Assembly: GCA_951406725.2 (NCBI GenBank)
Contig: OX597817.1
Span: forward strand, 72,168,001-72,232,000
DNA from: Octopus vulgaris
Lineage: Eukaryota
Length of the DNA: 64,000 bases
Direction of reading: 5' to 3'
This document shows, piece by piece, positions 1 through 13,800 of this stretch. Made by a program: the position numbers and the translations under genes. Below the pieces are notes generated by a model. That model had not been told where the DNA came from and did not search any database. It was given only the letters and a program-made list of their open reading frames with translations. Each line of letters begins with the position of its first letter. Position 1 is the first letter of the stretch.

Positions 1-1317
1 CTCCCTGGAATATTCCTCTTCTAATGGGGATGTCTTTGGTTTTCATGAGTCCCTCTTTGGTTTGGAGGTGTAGGACTGTTTGCCATTTATTCATAGAGTG
101 CTCTATGAATTTTATGATTGTTGGTGCTACTTTTTTAATGGCTAGTGTTTCGAGGATCCATGTGTGGGGGATGCTATCAAACGCCTTTTTGTAGTCAATC
201 CAGGCCATACTGAGGCCTTTCTTCTTTCTGTGGCTGTCTTCAGTTATGGCTTTATTAATCATTAGTTGATCTTTACAGCCATATGAGCCTTTGCGGCATC
301 CTTTCTGCTCTTCTGGGAACAGTTTGTTTTCGTCCAGGTGCTTGTTCAGCCTTTGTGATATCACTGCAGTAAATGCCTTGAACATAGTAGGGAGGCAGGT
401 TATTGGTCTGTAGTTTTCTGGTTTTTCTGTTTCATTTGATTTGGGAATTAAGATGGTTTTCCCCTTCGTGAGCCATTCAGGCATTGTCTCTGGCTCTGCT
501 AGTACGTTGTTAAAGTTTTCAGCCAGCTTTTTGTGCATTCCTGTTAGATATTTCAACCAGAAGTTGGGGATCTTGTCATGCCCAGGTGCCTTCCAGTTGC
601 TTAGTCTTTGCAGTGCCTGGGTGACCTTTTCAGTTGTTATGGGGGTCCGAGTTTGTTATTTTGATACTCCTTTTTTTTGGTGGTTCGTTCGCCGACCATA
701 TTTCTCTCCAGAATTCTTCCAATTCTTCTGCCGTTGGTGCTGCAGTGACTTCTATTTTATTTTTGCCCAGTTCTTGGTAGAACTTTTGGGGGTTGGAGTT
801 GAACTTTTTGTTTTCTTCAAAGAAGCGTTGGCGTTTCTTGTACCGGCGGATCCTTTGTGCTTTGGCAAGGATATCTTGCTTCAGCTTTTCTTTTATTTCA
901 GGCAAATCTTTCTCTGTGATGTTATATTTGCGGAGTGTTTTCGTTCTCTTTTTGTTGCTCAGTAGCGTTGATTGTTTGCTGATTTCATTAAGAATCGACA
1001 TGTCTTTTCTAATTTTTTTTATTTTGCTTTGGATGTTATTTATCCACAGGGTTTGTTTGGGTGGTGGTACTCCTGTTTGGGCGGGTTTGGGTGAGTATCC
1101 AGCTTCTTTTGTGGCTGCAGTGGCTGCTGCGTATATTAGGTTATTTAGCTCAGTGATATCACTTTTTTTTATTCAGTGGCTATCAGTTCAGTGACGGCTA
1201 GGTTTATGCTGTTTATAATAGGTGTTGTTATTTCGTTTATTTTTATTCTTGGGAGGTATGGTCGTTGGTCCATTTTGAGCTCTGTGGTTTTCAGTTCTTT
1301 GATTATTTTATTTTTTA

Positions 1318-1318
<1 letters not shown>
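1..1318 (-). mobile_element. R4/Dong-clade non-LTR retrotransposon, reverse transcriptase region (5'-truncated, frameshifted, runs off the window start)
   Basis: Manual minus-strand translation gives NYRPITCLPT, FPEEQKGCRKGSYGCKDQLMINKAI, AWIDYKKAFDSIPHTWI and PIRRGIFQG (RT motifs). It is bounded by a (TTA)n tract at ~1320. Confidence 0.9.
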
Positions 1319-1379
<61 letters not shown>

Positions 1380-1399
1380 TTATTATTGTTATTATTATT

Positions 1400-2116
1400 C
1401 TATGTTTAACTTTTGCTTTGTATTTGTACAAGTTGGCTCCAAGTCTCACCCAGAGACCTCAAGAGACAACAGGCTGGAAGTTCGTGATGTTGTTATGCCT
1501 AGTGTGCCATATATTTGGTTTTGTATTTAGTGTTGTACTAGTGGATGTCAAAAAAAACCAAAATTATGTTTGTTTTAAAACTTGAGATTACATAGAAAGT
1601 ATTTTGCGTAGGATATGAGCAGTTCCCATGAGCACTATCTTTTGAATTTCTGCCATTTTGGGGTTTCCTGGTATCTGAGCTAGGTAGCGATCAGCCCCTT
1701 TTGCTCTCATTCCCAGGGCACCTATGACAATGGGTATTGTTTTAGTCTTCAGGTTCTACATTTTGCTGATTTCTATTTCAAGATCTTTATATTTGCTCAG
1801 TTTTTGGTAGGTCTTGACAGATACGTTTATATCGATTGGGACAGTTATATCAATGAGGAGGCATGTTCTTTGTTTGAAGTCTTTCAATATGATGTCTGGC
1901 CTATTTGCATTTATCTTTCTGTCAGTTTGAATGGGGAAGTTCCAGAGGAGTGAGAAGTGGTCATTTTCAAGCACTGGAGGTGGTTTGTGTTCCCACCAGT
2001 TTTTTTCATGGGGCAAATCCAGGTTTTTGCAGATTACCCAGGGAATATATTGTGCAGCTCTATCATGCCTGTTGAGATACTCTGTAGGCTCTAGAAGACT
2101 GCACTTGGAGACAACA
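1400..2116 (-). mobile_element. R4/Dong-clade retrotransposon 3' end (restriction-like endonuclease domain + 3' UTR)
   Basis: ORF 1756-2016 has NRPDIILKDFKQRTCLLIDITVP...KLSKY (PD-(D/E)xK RLE), with the RHD motif upstream. (TTA)n lies on both sides. Confidence 0.9.
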
Positions 2117-2168
2117 TGATCATTATTATTATTATTATTATTATCATCATCATCATCGTCATCATCAT

Positions 2169-2200
<32 letters not shown>

Positions 2201-2220
2201 TATTATTATTATTATTATTA

Positions 2221-2282
<62 letters not shown>

Positions 2283-2297
2283 CATTATTATTATAAA

Positions 2298-2510
2298 GGC
2301 GGCGAGCTGGCAGAATCGTTAGCGCGCTGGATCAAATGCTTAGCCGTATTTCGCCCGTCGTTACGTTCTCAGTCTAAATACCGCCGAGGTCGACTTTACC
2401 TTTCATCCATTCAGGGTCGATAACCTAAGTACCAGTTGAACACTGGAGTCGATGTAATCGACACATCCCCTCCCCAAAATGACTGCACTTGTAGCAAAAT
2501 TTGAGACTCT
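2298..2510 (+). mobile_element. tRNA-derived SINE with Nin/Deu-like central domain
   Basis: Head ggcggcgagctggcagaatcgttag and core cctttcatccattcagggtcgataa..aagtaccag. The family recurs more than 10 times in the window. Confidence 0.8.
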
Positions 2511-2538
2511 TATTATTATTATCATCATTATAATAATA

Positions 2539-2591
<53 letters not shown>

Positions 2592-2803
2592 GGCGGTGGC
2601 CGGCTAGTAGAATTGTTAGCAAGCTCGACAAAATGCTTAGCGATATTTCGCCCGTCGCTACGTTCTGAGTTCAAAATCCGCCAAGGTTGACTTTGCTTTC
2701 ATCTTTTCGGGGTTGATAAACTAAGTACCAGTTGATTACTGAAGTCGATGTAATCGACACACCCCTCTCCAAAATGGCTGCCCTTATGGCAAAATTTGAA
2801 ACC
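2592..2803 (+). mobile_element. Same SINE family, second copy
   Basis: Aligns by eye to 2298-2510 and has the B-box-like gagttcaaaatcc. Confidence 0.8.
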
Positions 2804-3075
2804 ATTGTTTTTATTAAAGCGGCGTTATTGTGCTACATTCGTTAAATTATTAGACATGAAGCTGCATCCTACAATGTTAACTGCTTTGAGCTTTCTAGTA
2901 ATTTTTTTTATTCCTAATATAACAATTAATACTACTGTTACCACAACTACCTCTAGGGCGGCAGGTTCCTGAGAACAATACTTTCTTAGTAGTAAGACCA
3001 TAGGGGGTCTACTTCTAGCATCATGGATGTCCACTTAGTGGTCATTCCTTTTATATGTATATATATATATATATG

Positions 3076-3460
3076 TGGAGGTGCAATGGCCCAGTGGTTA
3101 GGGCAGCGGACTCGCAGTCGTAGGATCGCGGTTTCGATTCCCAGACCGGGCGTTGTGAGTGTTTATTGAGCGAAAACACCTAAAGCTCCACGAGGCTCCG
3201 GCAGGGGATGATGGTGATCCCTGCTGTACTCTTTCACCACAACTTTCTCTCACTCTTACTTCCTGTTTCTGTTGTACCTGTATTTCAAAGGGCCGGCCTT
3301 GTCACTCTCTGTGTCACGCTGAATATCCCCGAGAACTACGTTAAGGGTGCACGTGTCTGTGGAGTGCTCAGCCACTTACACGTTAATTTCACGAGCAGGC
3401 TGTTCCGTTGATCGGATCAACCGGAACCCTCGTCGTCGTAACCGACGGAGTGCTGCCTCC
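3076..3460 (+). mobile_element. tRNA-derived SINE inserted in (TA)n
   Basis: A box tggcccagtgg and B box ggtttcgattcc. A near-identical inverted copy is at 11914-12285. TA repeats flank both sides. Confidence 0.85.
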
Positions 3461-3579
3461 TATATATATATATATATATATATAAACATAATCAAGTAGG
3501 GTAATAAAATAAATTATTATTACCAGTGGCCTAGCACAAAAGACGAGTTAGTCATTAGACTATATATATTTTTCGTATA

Positions 3580-3626
<47 letters not shown>

Positions 3627-4355
3627 GGTACTTTCCATGTATATTTTTGGCATATGATGGACGCCAATTTATCTTTTCCGATACATGGTCGTGTTGGCGG
3701 TTTATTATCTGAACAACATTACTGATTGAATTCGTCTGCTAAGTGACTAAGTATTCCATTCAAGAGAGGACAATAGTGTTATTCCTCAAGATATCCTGGA
3801 ATTTGGTTCTATCGTGAACAGCGAAAGTGAATTGAGACACACTAAAACGTTAGAGAAGTTAAGAGCAAGACGCCAAACAAGAATACTTGTTTTATTTGTC
3901 GCTATAATTTTGAAAAAGACTTAAAAGCGCATATTCTCAGAAAATATTCTGAATTTATTTCACTTTCAGTCCTCAAAATGCATGAGGACAAATATGTTTG
4001 TAAGTTTTTAGTATCACACACTGGAGGAATGAATAAAATGACGAGAAATTTCATCATATTTACACAAAACTGTTGGACTAAATAATCTTTTTTTCTTCTT
4101 TTACCTTTTTTCTTTCTTTTTCCATTTGTCACTTGTAAATTGATAATTGAAGACTGATTCTGTCAACGTGGGGATGCAGAATTTTTTGCGTTCATATAAT
4201 TTTAAAATTTTGTGTATCACTTTTCATTTTAAACTCGACAAACGCAGGCGAGCTGTTGAAAAATCGTTTAATCCAATAAAATATCTATAGCAGTCGCATC
4301 ACGCTCTTCGCATTGTCAATTTACTTTTGTGAAGAGTTACGTCAACCCTTTAAAA

Positions 4356-4386
<31 letters not shown>

Positions 4387-4406
4387 GTTGTTGTTGTTGT
4401 TGTTAT

Positions 4407-4760
4407 TTTGGTTTGGCTCAGGTTCGGTCTTTTTCCTGGTAGGAATTATGTGGATAGCAGGCTACTACCAGTAACCTTAGGTATCCACAAGTTTTCAGCA
4501 GTTTCAAGTGCTTAGAACCCTCCTGATAATCCTTGCTGTTCCTAAGAGACAAACTTTCTGTAGGCTCTCTACCGGGCATTCAATTTCAATCTCCCTCTGT
4601 CATTTGTCTATATCTTGGCTTACTACTCCCAACGCACCAATTATTATAGGAACTATCTTTACTGTTCGCATGTTACAAATTCTTTCTATTTCAAATTTTG
4701 AGGGATTGATTGTTTTTTGTTGTTTTCCTCTTTCTTTACGATCCTAGGATCAAACGGGCA
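4407..4760 (-). mobile_element. Short R4/Dong 3'-end fragment
   Basis: Minus-strand IVPIIIGALG and QKVCLLGTARIIRRVL, typical of the Dong ORF C-terminus. Flanked by (TTA)n. Confidence 0.75.
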
Positions 4761-4802
4761 TGATGAATATTATTATTATTATTATTAATATTATCATCAT
4801 CA

Positions 4803-4875
<73 letters not shown>

Positions 4876-4876
<1 letters not shown>

Positions 4877-6210
4877 GCCTTTGTACAGCTTCTAACGCTG
4901 GAGATGTACTACAGTGTCAGCTGGTCATTACCAGTGAACTAAGGTAACACCTCTTATTTTTCGAGCACCTTCCAGACTATTGGAGTGGTTCCAAGCAGTG
5001 CTATTTTCTGAAAGTGCTCCACCATTATTTCAGCCGCAATTTGTTCCACGTACTTCTCGAGATTTTTGCTCACTGTTTCCAGAGCTCCGACAATTATTGT
5101 TACTATTGCTATATTTTTCCTCGATTATAGCTGCTTAACTTTCCAAGCTAACCTGTCATATCTTTCAACTTTTTTCTTCCTTATCGCATACACTGTTGTC
5201 AGTTGAGCATGCTATATCTATGATCCAGCATAGTATGTTTTCATCCTCAATTAAGACTATGTCCGGCTTCCTAGTCTCCCTATCTCATGGTCGCACTGAA
5301 TTATAAAATCTTATAGTATCTTAGCATTTCTATTTTCGATGAGGCCTTCAGGTTTGTGGTCATACCAATTTTTTGCTCTGTCATGTCCGTACTTGTTGCA
5401 GAGTGTCCAATGGACAAGCCTGGCTATATTGTCATGGCGTCTCTTACATTCCTTCTGGGCTAGTGGAGTACATTGGCTGGTAATATGCCATATAGTTTCG
5501 CCGTTTTGTCCACAGATTCTGCACTTATCACATTCTGCTGTGTTGTCTATTCTGTATTTTATGTAGTTTGTTCTTAGTGCTTGTTCTTGGGCAGCACAAA
5601 TTAGAGCCTCCGTTTCCGGTTTTAAATCACTTTTAGTCATCCACAGCCATCCTTTTTTCTGTCTGTCTTATCTTCAACATCCCTATGAAATTGCCCATGC
5701 ATTCTTTTCTTTACCCACCTATTTTCAGTTTCATTCGTTTTCAATTCCTTGTATAGTGCTTTATCTTTGCAATCTTTCATCCTACACAAGCCTGACCTTC
5801 CTACTTCTAATAATAGCGGTTCTGTGGCATTTTTTACATACCATGCTATGTTGTTTTCTTCTGCTCTAATGCTGTGTTCGCATCCAATAAGTCCTCTTCC
5901 CCCTCGTTTTCTTGGTACATACAGTCTGTCTGTGTCACTTTTTGGATGGAGTGTCCCATATCTAGTTAGCAACTTCCTTGTCTTTCTGTCTAAGCTGTTT
6001 AGTTCGTCTACTGTCCATGCGATTACCCCTACTCCATATCTAAGGAGTGAAACTGCCCAGTTGTTGATAGCTTCTATCTTATTCCGTCCATTTAATTTCG
6101 ATTTAAGGATCAGTCACAGTCTGCGCAAGTATTCCACCTTAATTTTTTCTGTCATTTATTTCTCCATCAATTTATCCATTTTCATTTCTTTCTCTAGCAA
6201 TTTATCCATT
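4876..6210 (-). mobile_element. R4/Dong-clade retrotransposon, 5'-truncated, decayed
   Basis: LHPKSDTDRLYVPRKRGGRGL, TEALICAAQEQAL, CCHC knuckle CRICGQNGETIWHITSQC, RHD and RLE remnants. (TTA)n on both flanks. Confidence 0.9.
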
Positions 6211-6230
6211 TATTATTATTATTATTATTA

Positions 6231-6271
<41 letters not shown>

Positions 6272-6329
6272 TCGTGCAAATGTACTGTTAGTGATACTGT
6301 CTAATTCGTTGAAACGGTAGAATAATACC

Positions 6330-6720
6330 ATTGCTCAGTGAGCAATAAACCTTTGCTCACGGAACTTACACTTAAAGCTTCATCTTGAACAGCAACAAAC
6401 AAATGTAACTTTCTTTATGTTTCAATTTCGGAGCCACTCTCACATGGATTTGCGACTTTTTCTCTTACTTGATGTGTCTGTTGAACTATCCAAGTAACTG
6501 CAGTTGTAACCCTTTCTTTCCCTAATTACCCTGTTTTGTTATTGTTTCTTTTCATCAAGTTCATCTAAGCCCTAGTTCAGCTACTAATACGCTTCTGAAG
6601 GACAACTTAATCTTTCCTGTAATTTTTTTCCCCTTTTGCTTTTGATCCTAACGTTTCTGATGGGTATATTATTTAAATTCAAATTTCAAGTTCTGGTGCA
6701 ATATATTGTTTTCTCTTCTT
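6330..6720 (-). mobile_element. Highly degraded R4/Dong-like fragment (tentative)
   Basis: Minus-strand LFVAVQDEALSV resembles the conserved LIxAAQEQAL motif. The rest is eroded. Confidence 0.3.
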
Positions 6721-9700
6721 ATCCCGCGGTTTTTCAAGCTCAACTAATTAAGAATATTATTTTTCCTGTGTTAGTCCACTCTTTTTACAGTAACTGCTTT
6801 TTTACCAATAAATTTTTTTTTGACCAATTTGAGTCAAAACTCAAAAACTATAAAGACTAAACATTATTTTCAAAATGTTTAAACTATGGTCAAAAGTAAA
6901 TTTTATAGATTGACAAAAATAAATCAGATTAAAATGCTAATGCAGAATATGAGAGGCAAGATAAAATGCTAATAAAATATCAGTGTATGTACTGATGATC
7001 GTCAGTCAAAAAACAGAGCAGCTTGAAGCAAAATAACATCATTAGCAAAACTAAATGGCTACAATGAGAATCTCAGTGTAAGACTGATGATGATTGACTG
7101 TGACAACAACAGCAGCAACAGTGGCATTAATGACAAATGTAATTTTGTCAAAAAAAAATTCAGCTGCAATATAACAACCATGTCAAAGTCAAGGACGTTT
7201 TTATGATCGGTATGTGTCAGTCGCAGCAACTCAAAAAGCAATGGCTATCATACGGCAACAAAGCCATAATACTGTTCTTTTTTTAATAGTTAGGAAAAGA
7301 CGTGCGTGGCGTCCTATATCAAGCACTTGGGGTAGCCTTTACAAATTTTACCAGACTACCACACTATTTGGGAGGAGGAATTTACTGGTCCACAGCGGAG
7401 GTGAAGTGGTACAATGACCAATAACAACATTTTAGTTTGTGAAATTACTGACTGGATGTTTGAGAAGAAAATCGTCAGCTCTGTTCAACAAAATCCATTA
7501 GAGCATATCAGACTTGTCTGCTCAGTCCTTGTTTCATGTGTACAGTAAATAGCAGCGAATTTGGAACACCGCCAGTGGTGTACGCCAGTGCATAGTTGTG
7601 CTTTTAATGAAAAACATTAATGACGGAGACACAGCAGATAATTTTAGTGAAAACTGCCGAGTTGACAATTTTATCTAAATAAGCTAAAGTGAGGTTGGAA
7701 AATTTGTTGCACCAAACAAATATTACTTTTTATTCAGGAGAGAAATCCAATGGTAATGACCCATTACAGGCCCTGTGATGCCGATGGAAGGGAGGAAAGT
7801 ATCCCCTAACTCAGAGTTCGTTCGAATGCTTGCAATATTCAACCAAGGCGTTTTTGTTTCTTTCTGGGCGATCAATTCGAGACAACTTTCACCTCATGCT
7901 ATACATTAAAGTGAGAACTGAATGTAGATCTGAATTTAGTTGGAAATCGGGCAGTTTAGATAGACTGAAGGCGTTGGATAAAAATGCTGTCGGTACCTGG
8001 TGCTTGTCATTTTTGTAACTGTGGCGAGTTAATGGAAATGGAATGACAGTGAATGAAACGCATAAACAGTATTTAGTATTTTCTTCAAATCTCAGCTCAT
8101 ATCTAATGAGTTTACACTGTAGTTATTTTTTTACGCAGATCATAAAATCAGGAGACGTAAATATAATTGAGGTCACTTCAATTAACTATGTGCTTTTCTA
8201 TAAGAGAATTGTCCTCGTATCGAAACAAATGATATTAGTATAAATTTTGCGTGCAGCTACTGCGTAATTACATCTCATCATATTCTTTGGAAAACATTAA
8301 AATCTGTTTTTTCAAATTAGCCCCAGCAGCGATTTTTGAATTAGAAAACTCGATAACCAAAATAAAATACAAGTCATATCATTATTAAATAACTTCATAT
8401 TAAGGTAGCTGCTCCATATGTTTTCTCTGTCATCTCATACTTAACTAGTTTTTATAGTTGGGAACGTGGGAAGATGTATATTAAAACATGAAATTTATTC
8501 AAAACAAGGTGAATATGAAAATAGTATAAGATGCTGCATAATAGAACTACATAGATACCGTCACCTGTATCTTTGAAGTTAGTCACTTGTACGTTTTTAT
8601 TTCTGGTGAAATCCTTCTCCTTCTACAACGTTCTGGTAGCTGGATTATCAAGACTTTCTTAATATCTTAACTTTGGCATGATTATATATAACAGTTTATC
8701 ACCACTGCATTTTAATATACAGATGAGATTTGCCCTTGATGTTTACCAATACATTTGGATGTATTGTTAATGGTAGTTTAGCTTCATCTCTAATAACATG
8801 GACGCCAAGCAGTCTTTTTCCTTACTCAAATACAAATATTCTGACACTTTTTTTTGCTTTGATAGAAGTCATTATTGAACATGACATCAGAGAGTGTAGC
8901 ATGTCTATTCAACGAACCTCTAATATGACCAAGTATTTGCTTTGTGTGTGTTTACATATAGATTCACACATGTAGTTATGTAAGTAATTGGTTAGAGAGA
9001 ATAGAAATAACAGCTTTAAAGTGTTATTCGATGTTTCTGGTAAACGACTCGTCTGAAAGTTTGCATCACCTTCCATATGACATTCTTAACATTGTAACGC
9101 AATAATTGACTAAAATGCATTTTGGATCACTCAAGTCGATTCAATACATGCCTTCAAACAATCAAAAGCAATAAATATTACTACAAATTTAGGACTGGTT
9201 TGTTTGTACACGTGATTTCACAAAAATATGATTAGTATCTTCTAGTTCATGTTTCTCACACTTAAAAATAAACAATTCCACAGCAAACGTTCCTGTGTCA
9301 CGCAAAATTTAAGATAATAAATTGCAGTTTATGATAAATGAGCAAAGCATCCAAAGACAAGAAGCAATATTACCATTTTGAATACCAATTTAAGACATTT
9401 TATAAATAAATAATGACTTTTTAGGAATAATCTGAAATGTATCGTTAAAATTAGAATAGAAAAAAATGATACTGCGTGTTCATATTTAAATAATTCCTTA
9501 TACAGTTTATATTTTCAGTAAAGAGAATGGTGTTCAGTTAGGCAGAATGTCAATTTAATGGAATGAAGCACAAAGAACTCTAAAGAATTTTGGGAAAAAC
9601 TAGCTCCCAGAAGACTTCAGGGAGATGCTTAAAAAGTTTACATACAAAGAAAAGAAAATATGTTTCGGATCTTAACCGTCTGAATGTAAAGCAGAGAAAG

Positions 9701-10495
9701 AAAACGTTGCCGTTCAGGCTGGAAGCAACAGTGAGTGCTGATGACATATCGATGATATTCTTTATTCATAGCTAAGGTATTTTGAATTTTTGCCTGGAAA
9801 AAATGTATATCCTATAGATCTCGAAGTGACTACAAATAGTGACTCCGTAAATGCGGTTAACTATTTAGATGTTAACGTAGTTACTGTAGACTAATATCGT
9901 GACTAATATTTATAATAAAGCAGTTTTAATTTCTGCACTACATCGTTGCTTTGGTCGGATCGTAGAATTCCTCTTTAGAATAATAGAATAATAAAGTCGG
10001 AAGTTTGGGGGTGGGGTTTATATGTGAAAGGTGCACGTAGAAATACAAGTTTAGAATGCTAAAAGATTGGTTAAATGCATTAACCATTGTTTCGGGAAAC
10101 ATTGAAATTGTGAGAAAATATGGAATAACTTCTGGTTTACAGCTGGGACCCAAACTGTAAGAAATGTTAGTTATTACTTCAGGTAGGATTAATGTTTAGA
10201 TGTTTTGGGGGTTGACTGTCAATCACTGTTATATTAAACGTCACTTCCGTTGGGTAGTTGCTCAGTCTGTTGGGCAGTTAGTATTGAGTACAGCCAACAA
10301 ATATATAACGGTCTTTTTAGTCTTTTGGCAGCAAGGAGCTAAGACATAAGTATAGTCTCTTAATTTACCTGCAGCACGTGGTGTTTTGTTATATGTAGAA
10401 TAATTTTATTAGGATATATTTGTTTTAATAGTTTTCAATATTTATATCTTTTAAGTGAAAATGCTGATTTAAACTCCTTAATTTAGATGTAGTAT

Positions 10496-10728
10496 GGTGG
10501 CGAGCTGGCAGAAACGTTAGCACGCCGGGCGAAACAAGCGTAGCCGTATTTCGTCTGTCGTTACGTTGTGAGTTCAAATTCCGCCGAGGTCGACTTTGCC
10601 TTTCATCCTTTCTAGGTCGATAAATTAAGTACCATTTACGCACTGGGGTCGATGTAATCGACTTAATACCTATGTCTGTCCTTTTTTGTCCCCTCTGTGT
10701 TTAGCCCATTGTGGGTAATAAAGAAATA
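10496..10728 (+). mobile_element. Nin/Deu-like tRNA SINE, well-preserved copy
   Basis: gagctggcagaaacgttag head, gagttcaaattcc B box, gcctttcatcctttc..gtcgataaattaagtacc core. Confidence 0.85.
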
Positions 10729-10899
10729 GGTATTGTGACTTGTGAATACTTCCTTGAAGGTTAGTGTTGAAATTGTTGTTACTGAATTGCTTTCCTTGTT
10801 GTGCTGTTATTAATAGCGTTCTGCGTGTGGAAGACGGTGTGAACTACTATTCCCCTCGGTGATTGGGTGGGTAACTATTATGTAGTTTTGTGGTGTTTT

Positions 10900-13800
10900 T
10901 CAGCAAATTTTGTTACAAATAAATACTTCCTCTGAAGAGGAAAAAAAACTGTGATAAAATGAATGAAATGTTAAGCATGCCAACGGCAAAGAAACTTCTT
11001 GAACAGCCCAAAAAGATAAACTTTGCAGCTGTGGCAGGAGTCAAAAACGAAAAATTGTTTATAGAACGAAGTGTGCTAATGCAGCACCAAAACATGTTTT
11101 CGAAGGAGGGATACGACATAAAAGCCACCCTCCCGAGCGAAATCATAGAGAAAATGCCAAGAAATTAATTGTGTTTAAAGCCCTAGTAATAAAAGACAAA
11201 AACATCGACAAAGCACCAAATAAAGAAATAGAAAAATGCCTGCAACCGATCTGGCAGGACATTGAGTACCTGACCAGAGGGAAACGTTTTGCAACCGTAG
11301 TAGTTTATTTCAAGAGCGAAGAGAATACTAAAACACACTCAGTGAAACCTTTGAGAACCACAGACATTGTGTTGCTGCCAACATACTTAGGCAGGCGCGC
11401 ATCAAAGATTACAAGAGATTCCCCCAGGAATTGACGTCACATGGCTATACTCAGCGCTACTAATGGGGCTCGAAGAAGAAATAACAATACTGGAGGCTTC
11501 AAAAGTCTACCAGCAGAACTTGAGGTCATCATCCAAGCGGCGCCACAGACCCTAGAAAAGATCGTGGAAAATATACACCTCGGAGAAGAAACCACCTTAC
11601 GAGTAATGGTGGAGGTTAGAAGACCCCAGTGCTTCGAATGTGGAGAGAAGGGCCACATTCGGAAAAACTGTCCTACCCGTAAGGTGGAGACGGCCCAAAA
11701 GGAAGAGGGAGAGACACAGAAGACTGACCAGCAGTCTCCAAGCAATGAAAACACTCAACTAGCTGGGAGTGAAGACGGTTGGTCGACAGTAAAAAGAAAA
11801 AAAAATACCCAAAAGGAAGAACCCCAATCCCACCCCCTCCACACCCAGCACGAACAAGAAAAAAACTCCCTCAGCAGATACACGCGAAATTCAAACTACC
11901 CCTCCCCACCACTGGATGAAAGCAGTCCGTCGGTTACGACGACGAGGGTTCCGGTTGATTCGAATCAACGGAACAGCCTGCTCGTGAAATTAACGTGTAA
12001 GTGGCTGAGCACTCCACAGACACGTGTACCCTTAACGTAGTTCTCGGAGATATTCAGCGTGACACAGAGAGTGACAAGGCCGGCTCTTTGAAATACAGGT
12101 ACAACAGAAACAGGAAGTAAGAGTGAGAGAAAGTTGTGGTGAATGAGTACAGCAGGGATCACCACCATCCCCTGCCGGAGCCTCGTGGAGCTTTAGGTGT
12201 TTTCGCTCAATAAACACTCACAACGCCCGGTCTTGAAATCGAAACCGCGATTCTACGACCATTGCGCTGGGCCATTGCGCCTCCACTCCCCACCACTATT
12301 CACCAAGAAAACAGCAATATCCCCTCTTCCAGCCCTAATATCCTCCTCTCCCTCCCCTTCAGCCTGATATTACACCTCTCCCATTCCCTTCCGCCAGTCC
12401 TGATACCCTCTCCCCCGTACATCTCCTCTGCTCAGCCCAGGAAAATCATCTGTCCCATCCAGTCCCAGAAAATACTGGCAAACCAAACTATTATTAGTGG
12501 CAACAATTGCCAAGAATGAACAAGTGTCAACACGTATTAAAAATATCCGAACAGCAAAAATATACAAAGAACACTATACAAAACTTAGGGAAGGAATTTT
12601 AGTATGCTACATAGACAATACAAATCTCAGAGTATTAAAATCCTATTTTCCTACAGATATAGGCCCTCCGAGATTGGACTTCAGTAAGTCCATGGACGAA
12701 GACCTATGTAAAACCACCCCACGAGCCCGTATAAAGGAAAAAGAAAAGACCGAATGCCACCGATGCGAAGGTAAGTAAATGGCTTGTATTCATGTTGGTT
12801 GTTTTAATGTGCGTGGCCTGGGGTCAAGCTGGAAGCAAGGTCGCTTCCTTAATGATATTAGGTCACGCAATTTTGATACCATTGTTGCTATGGAAAACCG
12901 GTAATGGGGCCAAGAGATCTCCTCCCACAATTTGATGGCTACAAGAGTTTTTTCCTGCTAGGGAGAGAGGGTGTTGGTCCTGTTAAAATGAAACCGGGTT
13001 TCTGAGAAAAAGTTAATTTTTTCAAACCCAGAAGGTAAGCTGATCGTCGTGGATTTGACACTAAGTCGTGGTAAGATAATCAGATTTGTTGCAATTTATG
13101 CACCCACTGAAAGTGAATATTTTCAGAACCTGGAGAAGTTTCTCGGTACATCACATTCTCTAGTTGTGCTAGGATACTATACACAATCTGCGACGCACGT
13201 GTAGATTATGGTGACTCGTATTCTGATAGAAGAGGTAATCCTTGCTTCTTGGAACTTTGAGCTAGCAGATCTTTATAGGCTGGAATTTCCGAACGCTCCA
13301 TTGTGGACATGGTCAAACAGCGACGGATCTTCCAGGTCATACCTAGATAGGGTGTTAATTAGAAAAGCAGGTAAGGATATTGTTAGGTGTCCACAGTTTT
13401 TCCCAGTCAGCTACAGTGATCATAAAATGGTCACCTGTACGCTCGACATAGATAAGTTATATAATAGAGGATCCGGCTACTAGAAACTTAATACGTCCCT
13501 TTTTTGCGATTAAGGAGTACAGAGACCGGACTAAGTTATTGATTCAGAGGGCATTAACCCGATCTGTTATTAATAGCAAATTGTGATATGCTCTCAAATG
13601 AGCCATTTAATTTGAGTCTATTAGATACAGCATAGGTTTAGAGGCTAGAGAGGCTTGGAAGGGATTAGCATTAGCTAAGGAATTAGAGGAAGCGATGGAA
13701 TCTGGCTCTGCAGCTCAGGTGACGGCCAAGAGACTAGTGTTAAACCAGCATCCCGAAGCCCAATATAGGGTTGCATTGTCAGAGCTAGGATTCGTGCATT

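Noticed and set aside
441-1194. Long plus-strand ORFs (also 5749-6270, 62357-62788)
   Set aside because: Antisense shadows of minus-strand retrotransposon ORFs.
3076-3150. tRNA-like sequence with A/B boxes
   Set aside because: It is the head of a multi-copy SINE, and no complete cloverleaf is supported.
3484-3590. ~100-bp block between TA tracts, possibly another Penelope-like remnant (similar context at 15452-15620)
   Set aside because: No hammerhead core, repeat or ORF is visible to support it.
7730-7805. Possible small exon (ttcag..gt)
   Set aside because: No recognisable protein similarity or neighbouring exons, so splice-like sites alone are insufficient.
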